Position numbers and translations under genes: made by a program. From contig CAWBTE010000005.1 of NCBI GenBank assembly GCA_963791615.1, positions 136,033 through 200,032 of the forward strand: a stretch of DNA of 64,000 bases, in the 5' to 3' direction. The notes beneath the pieces were generated by a model. That model saw only the letters and a list, made by a program, of their open reading frames with translations. It had not been told where the DNA came from and did not search any database. The DNA is from an uncultured Pseudomonadota bacterium. GTDB taxonomy: Bacteria; Pseudomonadota; Gammaproteobacteria; Steroidobacterales; Steroidobacteraceae. This document shows positions 24,874-34,569 of the stretch, in pieces. Numbering within the stretch: the stretch's first letter is position 1; each line of letters opens with the position of its first letter.

Positions 24874-26793
24874 ATGAATTCCAGCACCCACGGCGCGGCT
24901 GCGACCGCTCCTCCCACTGCAACACCGCAAAATCACCATGGCAGCAGCAAGGCCCTGATGCTGGGCGCACTGGGTGTGGTGTTCGGTGACATCGGCACCA
25001 GCCCGTTGTATGCGTTGCGCGAGTGTTTTGCCGGGCATCACCAACTGCCGGTCAACGTGGGCAACGTACTCGGCATCCTGTCACTGGTGCTGTGGTCGCA
25101 GATTCTCATCATCTCGCTGAAATACCTGGTCATTGTGATGCGCGCCGACAACAAGGGCGAAGGCGGCATTCTGGCGCTGAGCACGCTGCTGGTCACCGCC
25201 TCGCGCAACTGGCGACTCTGGACTCCCGTCGCCGCCATCGGTGTATTCGGCGCTGCCCTGTTTCTCGGCGATGGCTTTATCACGCCTGCCATATCGGTGT
25301 TGAGCGCGATGGAAGGGCTGGGCGTTGCCTCGCCAGAATTCAAACGCTTCATTGTGCCCGGTGCGCTGTTGATCCTGACCGCGTTGTTCATGGTGCAAAA
25401 ACGCGGCACTGGCGCCATGGGCCGCGCCTTCGGGCCGATCATGATGCTGTGGTTTGGCACATTGGCGCTGCTGGGCGTGCTGTCGATCTGGAAGGCGCCG
25501 CAGGTGTTGCAAGCCGTCAATCCGGTGTACGCCGTGTCGTTCCTGATCCACAACGGCTGGACCGGATTCATCACACTGTCATCGGTATTTCTCGCCATCA
25601 CCGGCGGCGAAGCGCTGTATGCCGACATGGGTCACTTTGGTCGCGAACCGATTCGCAATGTCTGGTTCATTGCAGTGTTGCCCGCCCTGACGCTGAACTA
25701 TTTTGGTCAGGGCGCACTGGTGCTGACCAATCCGGCTGCCATCAGCAATCCGTTTTACCTGCTCGCGCCCAACTGGGCCTTGCCGCTCCTGATTGTGCTG
25801 GCGACGGCGGCCACTGTCATCGCATCGCAAGCGGTGATTTCAGGCGTGTTTTCCATCGCGCGTCAGGCGATCAATCTCGGCTATCTGCCCCGATTGAAAG
25901 TGCAGCACTCTTCCAGTGAGGAAATCGGGCAGGTGTATCTGCCCACCATGAACTGGCTGCTGTTTGCCGGCACCGCCATACTGGTGCTGGGCTTCCAGTC
26001 GTCCAGCAGCCTGGCCGGCGCTTACGGGATTGCGGTCGCCAGTGACATGGTCATGGTCAGCCTCATGGTGATCCTGTTGATGCGCTCGGTGCAGTGGAAA
26101 TACGAACGACTGATCATGGTGACGCTGGGTTTTGTGGTGTTGATCGAACTGACCTTCCTCTGCTCCAACCTGCTGAAATTTTTTGATGGCGGCTGGCTGC
26201 CGCTGCTGATTGCCGGTGGCGCGTTCCTGTTGATGAGCACCTGGAAGCAGGGACGCAAGACGCTCAACTGGTTGCTGACCACACAGCAGGTATCGACACG
26301 CGATTTTCTGACCTCGCTGGAAAAAGATCCACCCCGGCGCGCGCCCGGCACGGCGGTATACATGGTCAGCGAAGCCAGCGGCGTGCCGCGTGCACTGACG
26401 CAGAACCTGCGCTTCAACGGCGTACTGCATGAACGCAATCTGCTGTTCACTTTTACCAGCGCCGATGTGCCGACCATTGCGGCGGAAGATCGCGTTTCCG
26501 TACAGACAGTGGGGCCGGGTCTGTATCGAGTCATTGCCCGCTTTGGCTTCATGGAAACGCCGAACATCCTTGCCGCGCTGCGCGCCGCCGAAGACAAGGG
26601 ACTGGAATACAAGCCCGACGAAACCACCTATGTGGTGGGGCGAGAGAACCCGCTGATTACCAGCAGTTCCGGCATGCCCGTGTGGCGCAAGCGCCTGTTC
26701 ACCATCATGGGCCGCAATGCCCAGCTGGCCTCCGTCCACTATGGCGTACCGGCGCATCGCGTGATTGAAATTGGCAGCCAGGTGCGGCTGTAA
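24874..26793 (+). CDS. kup: KUP/HAK/KT potassium uptake transporter
   Basis: The in-frame ATG at 24874 gives MNSSTHG...LMLGALGVVFGDIGTSPLYALRECF, followed by GGEALYADMGHFG and a C-terminal cytoplasmic domain. These are hallmarks of Kup. Confidence 0.9.
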   Translation: MNSSTHGAAATAPPTATPQNHHGSSKALMLGALGVVFGDIGTSPLYALRECFAGHHQLPVNVGNVLGILSLVLWSQILIISLKYLVIVMRADNKGEGGILALSTLLVTASRNWRLWTPVAAIGVFGAALFLGDGFITPAISVLSAMEGLGVASPEFKRFIVPGALLILTALFMVQKRGTGAMGRAFGPIMMLWFGTLALLGVLSIWKAPQVLQAVNPVYAVSFLIHNGWTGFITLSSVFLAITGGEALYADMGHFGREPIRNVWFIAVLPALTLNYFGQGALVLTNPAAISNPFYLLAPNWALPLLIVLATAATVIASQAVISGVFSIARQAINLGYLPRLKVQHSSSEEIGQVYLPTMNWLLFAGTAILVLGFQSSSSLAGAYGIAVASDMVMVSLMVILLMRSVQWKYERLIMVTLGFVVLIELTFLCSNLLKFFDGGWLPLLIAGGAFLLMSTWKQGRKTLNWLLTTQQVSTRDFLTSLEKDPPRRAPGTAVYMVSEASGVPRALTQNLRFNGVLHERNLLFTFTSADVPTIAAEDRVSVQTVGPGLYRVIARFGFMETPNILAALRAAEDKGLEYKPDETTYVVGRENPLITSSSGMPVWRKRLFTIMGRNAQLASVHYGVPAHRVIEIGSQVRL

Positions 26794-26821
26794 TTGAATA
26801 CTGTTTAACAAGAGGTTTCCC

Positions 26822-27352
26822 ATGAGTCTGGATCTGGTCATGCCCGGCAAGAACGCGCCGGATATCTTCAACGTCATCATCGAGATTCCGATGAACGCTG
26901 ATCCAATCAAGTACGAGGTGGACAAGGAAACCGGCGCCGTATTCGTCGATCGTTTCATGGGCACCGCCATGCACTATCCCTGCAACTACGGTTACGTGCC
27001 ACGCACCATCGCCGGTGATGGCGATCCGGTGGATGTACTGGTGATGACGCCCTATCCGCTGTTCCCCGGCGTGGTGGTGCGCTGCCGTCCACTGGGCGTA
27101 CTGAAGATGACCGACGAAGCCGGTGATGATGCCAAGGTGCTGGCCGTGCCCGACAACAAGATCCTGCCCATCTACAGCCACTGGAATTCGTACAAGGACA
27201 TCAACGAACATCGCCTGACGCCCATCCAGCACTTCTTCGAACACTACAAGGATCTGGAAAAAGGCAAGTGGGTAAAGGTGCAAGGCTGGGGCGATGTGGA
27301 CGATGCCAAGCAGGAAATTGTTGAGGGCATCAAGCGGTATCAAGCCAAGTAA
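26822..27352 (+). CDS. ppa: Inorganic pyrophosphatase (family I)
   Basis: 176 aa. It contains [50 protein letters not shown] and [13 protein letters not shown]. Confidence 0.95.
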   Translation: MSLDLVMPGKNAPDIFNVIIEIPMNADPIKYEVDKETGAVFVDRFMGTAMHYPCNYGYVPRTIAGDGDPVDVLVMTPYPLFPGVVVRCRPLGVLKMTDEAGDDAKVLAVPDNKILPIYSHWNSYKDINEHRLTPIQHFFEHYKDLEKGKWVKVQGWGDVDDAKQEIVEGIKRYQAK

Positions 27353-27406
27353 CCCACTCAGCTATCGTAGTGCTCACAAACCAGGACACTTCGGGGCACC
27401 GCCGGT

Positions 27407-27571
27407 TTAGCGTTCGGCTTTCTTCGGCCGGCCGCGTTTGGCGCGTAACTCGGCTATTCCTTTATGTGCGGTTGCGCCGTCCCAGAACGACAGCACGGCA
27501 GCTTTGTCACGTACGCTATAAGACGCGTCAGCACCCGCTTTATCTTTGGGGGTAGATTTCTTCTTGTTCAT
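27407..27571 (-). CDS. Small basic hypothetical protein
   Basis: Track ORF 27407..27595. The internal ATG at 27571 gives MNKKKSTPKDKAGADASYSVRDKAAVLSFWDGATAHKGIAELRAKRGRPKKAER. Support is weak. Confidence 0.35.
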   Translation of the reverse strand: MNKKKSTPKDKAGADASYSVRDKAAVLSFWDGATAHKGIAELRAKRGRPKKAER

Positions 27572-27622
27572 GGGGTTCTGCCTCTCTACAAGCAATCACG
27601 CGCGGATCGCCCTCTCGGTCAG

Positions 27623-27667
27623 TCCACACCAACCCTCTCTCTGAGGGTGATCAGTGCTTAAGTAAGC
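27623..27667. repeat. Partial copy of the REP-like element seen at 44341-44400
   Basis: CCACACCAACCCTCTCTCTGAGGGTGAtcagtgCTTAAG compares with CCCCAACCCTCTCCCTGAGGGAGA...gtCTTAAG at 44349-44395. It is intergenic, between a small ORF and glk. Confidence 0.5.
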
Positions 27668-27677
27668 GTCATTTGCG

Positions 27678-28676
27678 CTACCCCCTTACCTCAATCCTCG
27701 GCCCCGGCGCGATGAATGATTGCGCCAGTCCGACAAACGCGGGTTGCGCGCTGTTGATGACGTACACCGGCACTGGCTTCAGATACTCCACAAAGCGGCC
27801 TTTGTTCTCGAAGCGGCGACGGAACATGGATTGTTTGAAGTAATCCCCCAGACGCGGCACGATGCCGCCGCCCACATACACGGCCTGTGTTGCGCCCAGT
27901 GTCAGCACCAGATTACCGGCCATGCTGCCCAGCAAGGCGCAGAACATTTCCAGTGCTTCGGTGCATTGATCACAGCTGCCGATCAGGCCGCGGTCAGTGA
28001 CATCGGCGGCCTGATAGGTTTGTACGGCGACACCGTCCAGTTCGCACAGCGCGGTATATAGATTCACCAGACCCATGCCGGACAACACACGCTCGGCCGA
28101 CACATGATCAAAGCGTCGCCACAACTGCTGCAATACGGCCGCTTCGCGCTCGTTGCCGGGCGCGAGGCTGGTATGACCACCCTCGCCTTGCAGCGGCAGC
28201 CAGTGTTCACCGGAGTGAATTAATGCTGATACACCGAGCCCCGTGCCCGCACCCAGCAGCGCAATCGGTGCAGTGGATGCATGCGGCGTACCGCCCACCT
28301 GTTGCAGCTCGTTGCGTGGTAAATGACGAATGGCCATGGCCAATGCAGTGAAGTCATTGAGCAGGATCAGTCGTTGCAGACCGAGCTTTTGCCGCAGACC
28401 ACTGACGGTAAAGCGCCAGCTGTGATTGGTCATGCTGATCTGGTCGCCAGTGAGTGACGCGGCAATCGCAAAGGCCGCGCCGGCAATCGTGCGGCGCTCA
28501 CCTACGGTTTGCAGGTAGTGATGCACGGCTGATTCAATATCCGGATAGTCAGCACAGCGCAGCTGCACTTCATCATGGATACGCGCGGCTTCACCCTGAA
28601 GTTCACACAGTGCGAAGCGGGCGTTGGTGCCGCCGATATCGGCGATCAGATTGGGCATATTGTAGGTGTTGTTCAT
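27678..28676 (-). CDS. glk: Glucokinase
   Basis: 332 aa. It contains LIADIGGTNARFAL, LLGAGTGLGVS and GGGIVPRL, and sits in a glk-pgl-zwf context. Confidence 0.9.
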   Translation of the reverse strand: MNNTYNMPNLIADIGGTNARFALCELQGEAARIHDEVQLRCADYPDIESAVHHYLQTVGERRTIAGAAFAIAASLTGDQISMTNHSWRFTVSGLRQKLGLQRLILLNDFTALAMAIRHLPRNELQQVGGTPHASTAPIALLGAGTGLGVSALIHSGEHWLPLQGEGGHTSLAPGNEREAAVLQQLWRRFDHVSAERVLSGMGLVNLYTALCELDGVAVQTYQAADVTDRGLIGSCDQCTEALEMFCALLGSMAGNLVLTLGATQAVYVGGGIVPRLGDYFKQSMFRRRFENKGRFVEYLKPVPVYVINSAQPAFVGLAQSFIAPGPRIEVRG

Positions 28677-29389
28677 GGTGACCAGAAAACTTCGAAGGGA
28701 ACCAGTTGTTGATGCAGTATGGCGCGGATCGGCAGTTGCGCCACCGGACCATGCGCCAGCGCTGCCTGATACACCGCCAGCTTCGATTCACCCTGTATAT
28801 GCAGGATGATGCGACGCGCATCCAGCAAGGCACTCAGGTTGAGACTGATCCGTGCCTGCGGCTGCACAGGCGCCTGCATGGCGACACAGGCAGGCGGACG
28901 GGATGAATCCAGCGCCTGTGTCAGTTGCGGTGACGGATTTGTCGGAGTTTGGGGAAACAGCGACGCGGTATGGCCATCATCGCCCATGCCCAGCAGCACC
29001 ACATCAAAGGGTCGAGTGATGCGCGACAGCGAACGCCAGGCCCATTCAATCCCCGCCTCCGGTGACTCGGCCGCATTCTTCAGGCCAATGAATTGCGCTT
29101 TTGCAGCGTTGCCACGCAGCAATTCAGTGCGCACCAGCAATTCATTGCTGGCTGTGTCATGTGGGTCCACCCAGCGTTCATCGGCCAGCGTCACACAGGT
29201 TTTTTCCCAGGGCAGCTTTTCGGTGGCCAGCTGATTGAACAACTTCACTGGCGTGCGGCCACCCGACACCACCAGCGAAGCAAAACCACGCGCGGCAATC
29301 GCTTCCTGAAGCTCAACCCGGATTTCGCCCGACAGTGCATGCGCCAGCGCCGCAGCGTCGGGAAAACGATGTACATGAGGGCTGTGCAT
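28673..29389 (-). CDS. pgl: 6-phosphogluconolactonase
   Basis: 238 aa. It contains LVVSGGRTPVKLF, DERWV and VLLGMGDDGHTASLFP. Its stop overlaps the glk start by 4 nt. Confidence 0.9.
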   Translation of the reverse strand: MHSPHVHRFPDAAALAHALSGEIRVELQEAIAARGFASLVVSGGRTPVKLFNQLATEKLPWEKTCVTLADERWVDPHDTASNELLVRTELLRGNAAKAQFIGLKNAAESPEAGIEWAWRSLSRITRPFDVVLLGMGDDGHTASLFPQTPTNPSPQLTQALDSSRPPACVAMQAPVQPQARISLNLSALLDARRIILHIQGESKLAVYQAALAHGPVAQLPIRAILHQQLVPFEVFWSP

Positions 29390-29395
29390 GATGGC

Positions 29396-30856
29396 TTACA
29401 ACTCGTCAGACCAGGCCAGACCCTGGCGACTGATCAGCGCACTGGATGCGGAAGGTCCCCAGCTGCCTGCGGTATAGGTTTTCAGTGGCTCTTCATACTG
29501 GGCCCAGCTGGCGCGAATCGGATCAATCCAGCGCCAGGCCGCATCCAGTTCGTCACGGCGCATGAACAGGGTGAGATTGCCCTTCACCACATCCATCAGC
29601 AGCCGCTCATACGCATCCATATGCCGTGGCTTGTGTGAATCATTCAGATCCAGCCCGAGATTCACCGGCATCAGCTTGATGCCTTCACCGGGATTCTTGG
29701 CGAGCAAGGTCAACGTGATGTTTTCATCGGGCTGCAGGCGGATCACCAGACGGTTGTTGGCGCGATCCGATATCGGACGATCAAAGATGGCATGTGGTAC
29801 CTCTTCAAAGGTGACCACAATTTCCGCCAGCCGATCCTGCATACGTTTGCCAGTGCGCAGATAGAACGGCACGCCTGCCCAGCGCCACGAATCAATCTGC
29901 GCCTTGAGCGCTACAAAGGTTTCGGTGGTGCTGTCAGCGGCGACGCCGGATTCTTCCAGATAACCCGCTACCGGCTTACCGCCAATGGCGCCGGCCTTGT
30001 ACTGGGCGCGCACCGAATTTTCAATGGCTTCGCGTCCGGTCAAGGGACGCAGCGCACGCAGCACTTTCAGCTTTTCGTCGCGCACGTCATCAGGCTTGCT
30101 GGTCGAGGGTGGCTCCATGGCAATGATGCACAGCAACTGCAACAGATGGTTCTGCACCATGTCGCGCAGCGCGCCGGTCTTGTCATAGAACGCAGCGCGT
30201 TGCTCAACGCCCACCTGTTCGGCCACGGTAATTTGCACATGCTGAATACGGCCACGCTGCCACAGCGGTTCGAACAGGGCATTGCCGAAACGCAACGCCA
30301 TCAGGTTCTGCACCGGTTCTTTGCCCAGATAGTGGTCAATGCGATAAATCTGGTCTTCGGTAAACGCGCCGCCCACCTGCTGATTGATCAACTGCGCCGA
30401 CACCAGGTCATGGCCCAGCGGCTTTTCCAGCACCACGCGCGATTTGGGCGTGACCAGTTCAAACACCTGCAACCTCGTGCAGATATCCACAAACAGCAGC
30501 GGCGAGGTGGACAGAAAATACACCCGCACGCAGTCATCACGATCCTGCAGGCGTTGCTTGAGCTGCGCAAAGTCTTCGTCAACCCGGGCATCGACTTTCA
30601 GATAATCCAGTTGCGCCACGAAACCCTGCCAGGCAGCGACATCGAAATCCGCGCCCACCCGATTGCGCACCGGCTCTTCGATACGCGCGATGAACTCCTC
30701 GCGGCTGCACTCAATGTTGGAAACCCCCAGCACCCGCGACTGGGCATCGAACTGACCGGCCGCATGCCGTCGATACAGCGCTGGCAGCAATTTTCTGGTT
30801 GCGAGATCACCGGTCGCACCAAACAGAACAATGTCAAACGTCTCTTGAACCGCCAT
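29396..30856 (-). CDS. zwf: Glucose-6-phosphate 1-dehydrogenase
   Basis: 486 aa. It contains LFGATGDLATRKLLPALY, RIDHYLGKE and MVQNHLLQLLCIIAMEPP. Confidence 0.95.
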   Translation of the reverse strand: MAVQETFDIVLFGATGDLATRKLLPALYRRHAAGQFDAQSRVLGVSNIECSREEFIARIEEPVRNRVGADFDVAAWQGFVAQLDYLKVDARVDEDFAQLKQRLQDRDDCVRVYFLSTSPLLFVDICTRLQVFELVTPKSRVVLEKPLGHDLVSAQLINQQVGGAFTEDQIYRIDHYLGKEPVQNLMALRFGNALFEPLWQRGRIQHVQITVAEQVGVEQRAAFYDKTGALRDMVQNHLLQLLCIIAMEPPSTSKPDDVRDEKLKVLRALRPLTGREAIENSVRAQYKAGAIGGKPVAGYLEESGVAADSTTETFVALKAQIDSWRWAGVPFYLRTGKRMQDRLAEIVVTFEEVPHAIFDRPISDRANNRLVIRLQPDENITLTLLAKNPGEGIKLMPVNLGLDLNDSHKPRHMDAYERLLMDVVKGNLTLFMRRDELDAAWRWIDPIRASWAQYEEPLKTYTAGSWGPSASSALISRQGLAWSDEL

Positions 30857-30985
30857 GCCTTCCTCTCCACAAATTCAGTCCGGATAATACATGAGGGAGA
30901 AGCACATAACGCGCCGGATCAAGGTGAGCGGCAACCTCAGCTGAGTGGATTGCGCTATCGGATAACGTCGAACCAGGCGCGATGA

Positions 30986-31885
30986 TCAGGGCTGCAGCAA
31001 ATCCATGGCCAGCACGATCGCGCCCTTGCGACCCGATTGGTCGGCAAGACCGGGCGCAACAATATATTGGTCTGACCAATTCGCCAGACGCTCCATCGGC
31101 AGATAGCCATTGAGCATTGCGCTTGCGCTGCGCCGAATGTGTGGAAAGAGTGTTTGACACTGCATCACGCCACCGCCGAACACGATGCGTTCAGTGGACA
31201 ACATCAGGGTGATGGTGGCGGCCAGCTGGCCAAGATAGTTGCCGATGATTTCATGCGCCACGTGGTCGCTAGCCAGTTGATCCAGCGATGCGCCCCACCG
31301 CGCCAGAATTGCCGGGCCGCTGGCCAGCCCCTCCAGACAATCGCCATGAAACGGGCAAACACCTGCGAACTCACTGTCGCGCGAATCACGCTGCACTCTG
31401 ATGTGACCCATTTCCGGATGCAACATGCCTTGCAAACTACGCCCATCCACCACCACTCCGCCGCCAATTCCCGTGCCCACGGTGACATAGGTCAACGAGC
31501 TGCAATCTTGCCCTGCTCCATAACGAGCTTCCGCCAAAGCCGCTGCATTCACATCGGTGTCGATGGCGACGGGACAACCGAACTGCTGGCGCAATGGCGT
31601 TACCAGGTCAGCGCCGCTCCAGCCCTGCTTGGGGGTGTCGAGAATGCATCCCCAGTCAGGAGAATGTTTGCGCAGATCAACCGGGCCAAACGTGCCCACG
31701 CCGAAGGCGTGAATTCGTCCATGCTGCTGCGCGGCAGAGAAAAAACGAACCACAGCGCCAAGTGTTTCGTCAGGGGTGGTAGTGGGGATGCGTATCTCCG
31801 CCAGCACTTCATCGACATTGCTGGCCAGCACGCAGACGAACTTGGTGCCACCTGCTTCAACTGCGCCAATCAAACGCTCGGACAT
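30986..31885 (-). CDS. ROK-family sugar kinase (fructokinase-like)
   Basis: The ATG at 31885 gives MSERLIGAVEAGGTKFVCV. It also has the ROK signature region VTVGTGIGGGVVVDG and the Cys/His motif GHI..........CPFHGDCLEG. Confidence 0.8.
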   Translation of the reverse strand: MSERLIGAVEAGGTKFVCVLASNVDEVLAEIRIPTTTPDETLGAVVRFFSAAQQHGRIHAFGVGTFGPVDLRKHSPDWGCILDTPKQGWSGADLVTPLRQQFGCPVAIDTDVNAAALAEARYGAGQDCSSLTYVTVGTGIGGGVVVDGRSLQGMLHPEMGHIRVQRDSRDSEFAGVCPFHGDCLEGLASGPAILARWGASLDQLASDHVAHEIIGNYLGQLAATITLMLSTERIVFGGGVMQCQTLFPHIRRSASAMLNGYLPMERLANWSDQYIVAPGLADQSGRKGAIVLAMDLLQP

Positions 31886-31960
31886 GCGGGACTCCAGAGG
31901 CAAGCCGGATGGTGCGTTATATACACACTATCCGGCTCATTCTTCATCAGCAAAACTTCA

Positions 31961-34444
31961 TCAGAACCGATAAGACAGCGACAGTTCCGTCGAGCGACCG
32001 GCAAATGGCCGGCAACGCGCCACGGACACGCCGTTGATCGGCGCGCCAATGCTGCCGTCTTCGCACTCTGACAACGCCAGCGCATCGAAGGCGTTGTTCA
32101 TGCTTGCGCTGACCGTAAAGTTGTCACCGAAGTCATAACTGCCGAACAGGTTGACCAGATTATAGCCCGGCAGCTTCAGCTGATTGCTGTCACTGGTATA
32201 CGCGTCTGTTGAACCCACCAGCGATGCGCCCACCTTGGCGTCACCGAAGCTGTAACTGGGCGAAAGGGTATAGATCAGGTCGGCCTGACGGCGTGGCTTG
32301 TGGCCGATCACAGTCGGGTCGTTGGCAAACTTGATCGTCGCATCCGTCCAGGTGGCATTGCCACGCAGATTGAAGCCACCCAGACTCAGTTGCCCTTCCA
32401 GCTCAACACCCTTCGATTCGTACTTGCGGACAATGGCCACATTGGTGCCGCCGCGCGTGCCATCTGAATTCGCCGCATCATCGGTCTCCGTGAAGAACAC
32501 GGTGGCAAATAACGCATGATAGTCACCGCGATTCCTCAAACCTGCTTCATAGCTGGTGACTTCGCTGTAAGCACTATTGTCAGCAATATTGCCGTTCTTG
32601 CCCACGGTCTGGGTGAAGAAACCGCCATCACCCAGACGGCTGGGATCAGAAGCACGCCCGCCAGAACCAATGCGACCATATACAGCCAGCGCATCATTGA
32701 TCTGGAAATTGGAACCCAGCGACCAGGACGTGTAGTTCCAGTCCCAACTCAGCGGCAGCGGATTGCCCGTGTACTGCGCGCCCGTTTCAACCGGATCAAC
32801 CACACCATTGCCATTCACGTCCTTGCCCGGCGTTGAGAACGCGCCGCCGGTGTAGTGACCATAACCCTTGCCATCGTCTACGCGCACCGTGGCATCGATA
32901 TTCAGGCGATCAGTCAGGTCACCGGCGAAATTGACGTAGTAAGCATCCAGATCACTGCGCACATCGGTGTCGCGATAGCAGCAACCACCCCAATCCGGCG
33001 CGCCATAGGAAATCAGGCCGGCGCGGGTAAGCGCCGTAGCTCCGTTGTAAATATCCAGCAGACGCGGATTGCTCGACACATCCTGCGCGAAGGTCTGCCA
33101 GTACCAGACGATGGTATCGGCCTGATAGGCCTTGTAATAGCCCAGTGTCACATCAAAGTCACCGACGCTTTTCGTCAGCCGGAAGTCATTGGTGAAATTG
33201 CTCAAGTCTTTCAGGTCACTGTCGAAGGAACGAATGTTCTGGATCAGGCCATTGCCATTCAACCCGGCCAGCTGTGCGTTGGTCAGATTGGTGCTGGTGC
33301 CTACATAGCGAATACCGTTGGCGCCGGCGAGGTTGGCAGCACCGGAAACACCGGCAAACGTAGTCGCCGCCCGGACGTCTGCACTGAATGCGCCAAAGAA
33401 GGTGCCACTGTTTCTGGCCCAGCGGAATTTCTCGCTGACGGTCAAACCATCAGCCGGCTCAAACACGAATTCACCACCAATAGCGGTGGACTTCGAGGTA
33501 TTACCGTCGACGATGGATGACTTGCGGCTGTTGGCGGCGGTCACGCTGCTGAGCCCCAAGGCGATATTGCTGTCCGATACGGCATCAAAGCCTGGCAGGC
33601 GTTTGAAACTTGGATTGCTGTTGCTGCCGCTTACGGCGATGGGCATAGGTAAATACGTTGGCACGCGGTCATTCAGATACTTGAAATAAAGGCGTACATA
33701 GCCCCCGCCATCAAAGTCCTTGGTGAGATTGGCCTTGATCTGGCCACCCTGTTCGGCGCGGAAGTTGACGTTGCGCGGGCCATCGCCAATCCGGTAGAAA
33801 CCGCCGACATGCATGCGCAGCGAATCGCCGAGATGCAGACCATATTCAAAATCAGTGCGGAAGCTATCGTAGTCCAGCCCTTTGGAGATGCCGACGCTGC
33901 CGCCTTCCTCTTCGCCGGTCTTGCTGATGAAGTTAACGACACCGCCGGGTGAGTTGCTGGCGAAGGCAATGGCCGAGCCGCTGCGTACGCCTTCAACTCT
34001 TGCAATCGTGGTGTCAGAACGCAGGAACTGGTCGGCCGTGCCCAGCACGATGTCGCCAAACTGCATGACTGGCATACCGTCTTCCTGGATTTGCAGGAAC
34101 TTGCCACCACCCGATGCGACCGGGATGCCGCGTACTGAAATATTTGCATTGCCTGAACCGCCGGACGACTCAGCGCGAATCCCGGGAATCGAACGCATGA
34201 TTTCTGCGGCGTTGCGCGGCGCGCTTTCAAGAATCTCTTCGAGATTCAATGACGAGACCGCCGTGCTGGACTTGAATGTGGTCTGTCCGCCACCGGCTGT
34301 GGCCGTGACCACAATCTCTTCCATGCCGAGTAGATCCACAGCTGGCTCCTGAGCCAGCGCTGGAATGATTCCGCCAAGGCCGACCAGTGCGCCGGACATC
34401 GCACTGATTACTGCCTTGTGGCTGACTGAATTGCTTTGCTTCAT
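31961..34444 (-). CDS. TonB-dependent outer-membrane receptor (sucrose/carbohydrate locus)
   Basis: 827 aa with a signal peptide and a plug domain (EEIVVTA, NAAEIMRSIPGIRAES, NISVRGIP, VARVEGVRSGSA). The C-terminal barrel ends STELSLSYRF. Confidence 0.9.
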   Translation of the reverse strand: MKQSNSVSHKAVISAMSGALVGLGGIIPALAQEPAVDLLGMEEIVVTATAGGGQTTFKSSTAVSSLNLEEILESAPRNAAEIMRSIPGIRAESSGGSGNANISVRGIPVASGGGKFLQIQEDGMPVMQFGDIVLGTADQFLRSDTTIARVEGVRSGSAIAFASNSPGGVVNFISKTGEEEGGSVGISKGLDYDSFRTDFEYGLHLGDSLRMHVGGFYRIGDGPRNVNFRAEQGGQIKANLTKDFDGGGYVRLYFKYLNDRVPTYLPMPIAVSGSNSNPSFKRLPGFDAVSDSNIALGLSSVTAANSRKSSIVDGNTSKSTAIGGEFVFEPADGLTVSEKFRWARNSGTFFGAFSADVRAATTFAGVSGAANLAGANGIRYVGTSTNLTNAQLAGLNGNGLIQNIRSFDSDLKDLSNFTNDFRLTKSVGDFDVTLGYYKAYQADTIVWYWQTFAQDVSSNPRLLDIYNGATALTRAGLISYGAPDWGGCCYRDTDVRSDLDAYYVNFAGDLTDRLNIDATVRVDDGKGYGHYTGGAFSTPGKDVNGNGVVDPVETGAQYTGNPLPLSWDWNYTSWSLGSNFQINDALAVYGRIGSGGRASDPSRLGDGGFFTQTVGKNGNIADNSAYSEVTSYEAGLRNRGDYHALFATVFFTETDDAANSDGTRGGTNVAIVRKYESKGVELEGQLSLGGFNLRGNATWTDATIKFANDPTVIGHKPRRQADLIYTLSPSYSFGDAKVGASLVGSTDAYTSDSNQLKLPGYNLVNLFGSYDFGDNFTVSASMNNAFDALALSECEDGSIGAPINGVSVARCRPFAGRSTELSLSYRF

Positions 34445-34488
34445 GATGACTCCCCATCTGTGTTGTGAATGTAACTCTTAATGCTTTA

Positions 34489-34502
34489 TACAATCGATTG
34501 TA
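34489..34502. promoter_or_regulatory. LacI-family operator palindrome TACAATCGATTGTA upstream of the TonB-dependent receptor
   Basis: Perfect 14-bp palindrome about 45 nt upstream of the receptor start codon. It matches the general LacI/GalR CG-centred operator shape. Confidence 0.6.
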
Positions 34503-34569
34503 TTTTGAAACTGATTTTGCCTTCGCTACTTGACCCTGAAACCCCGTGTCGGCTGTTTGTTGAAACGAC

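Noticed and set aside
25840-26970. 376-aa minus-strand ORF overlapping kup and ppa
   Set aside because: It is antisense to two confidently identified genes, crosses their intergenic gap, and has a His/Gln/Gly-rich nonsense composition.
29792-30985. 397-aa plus-strand ORF
   Set aside because: It is antisense to zwf. No motifs; a shadow ORF.
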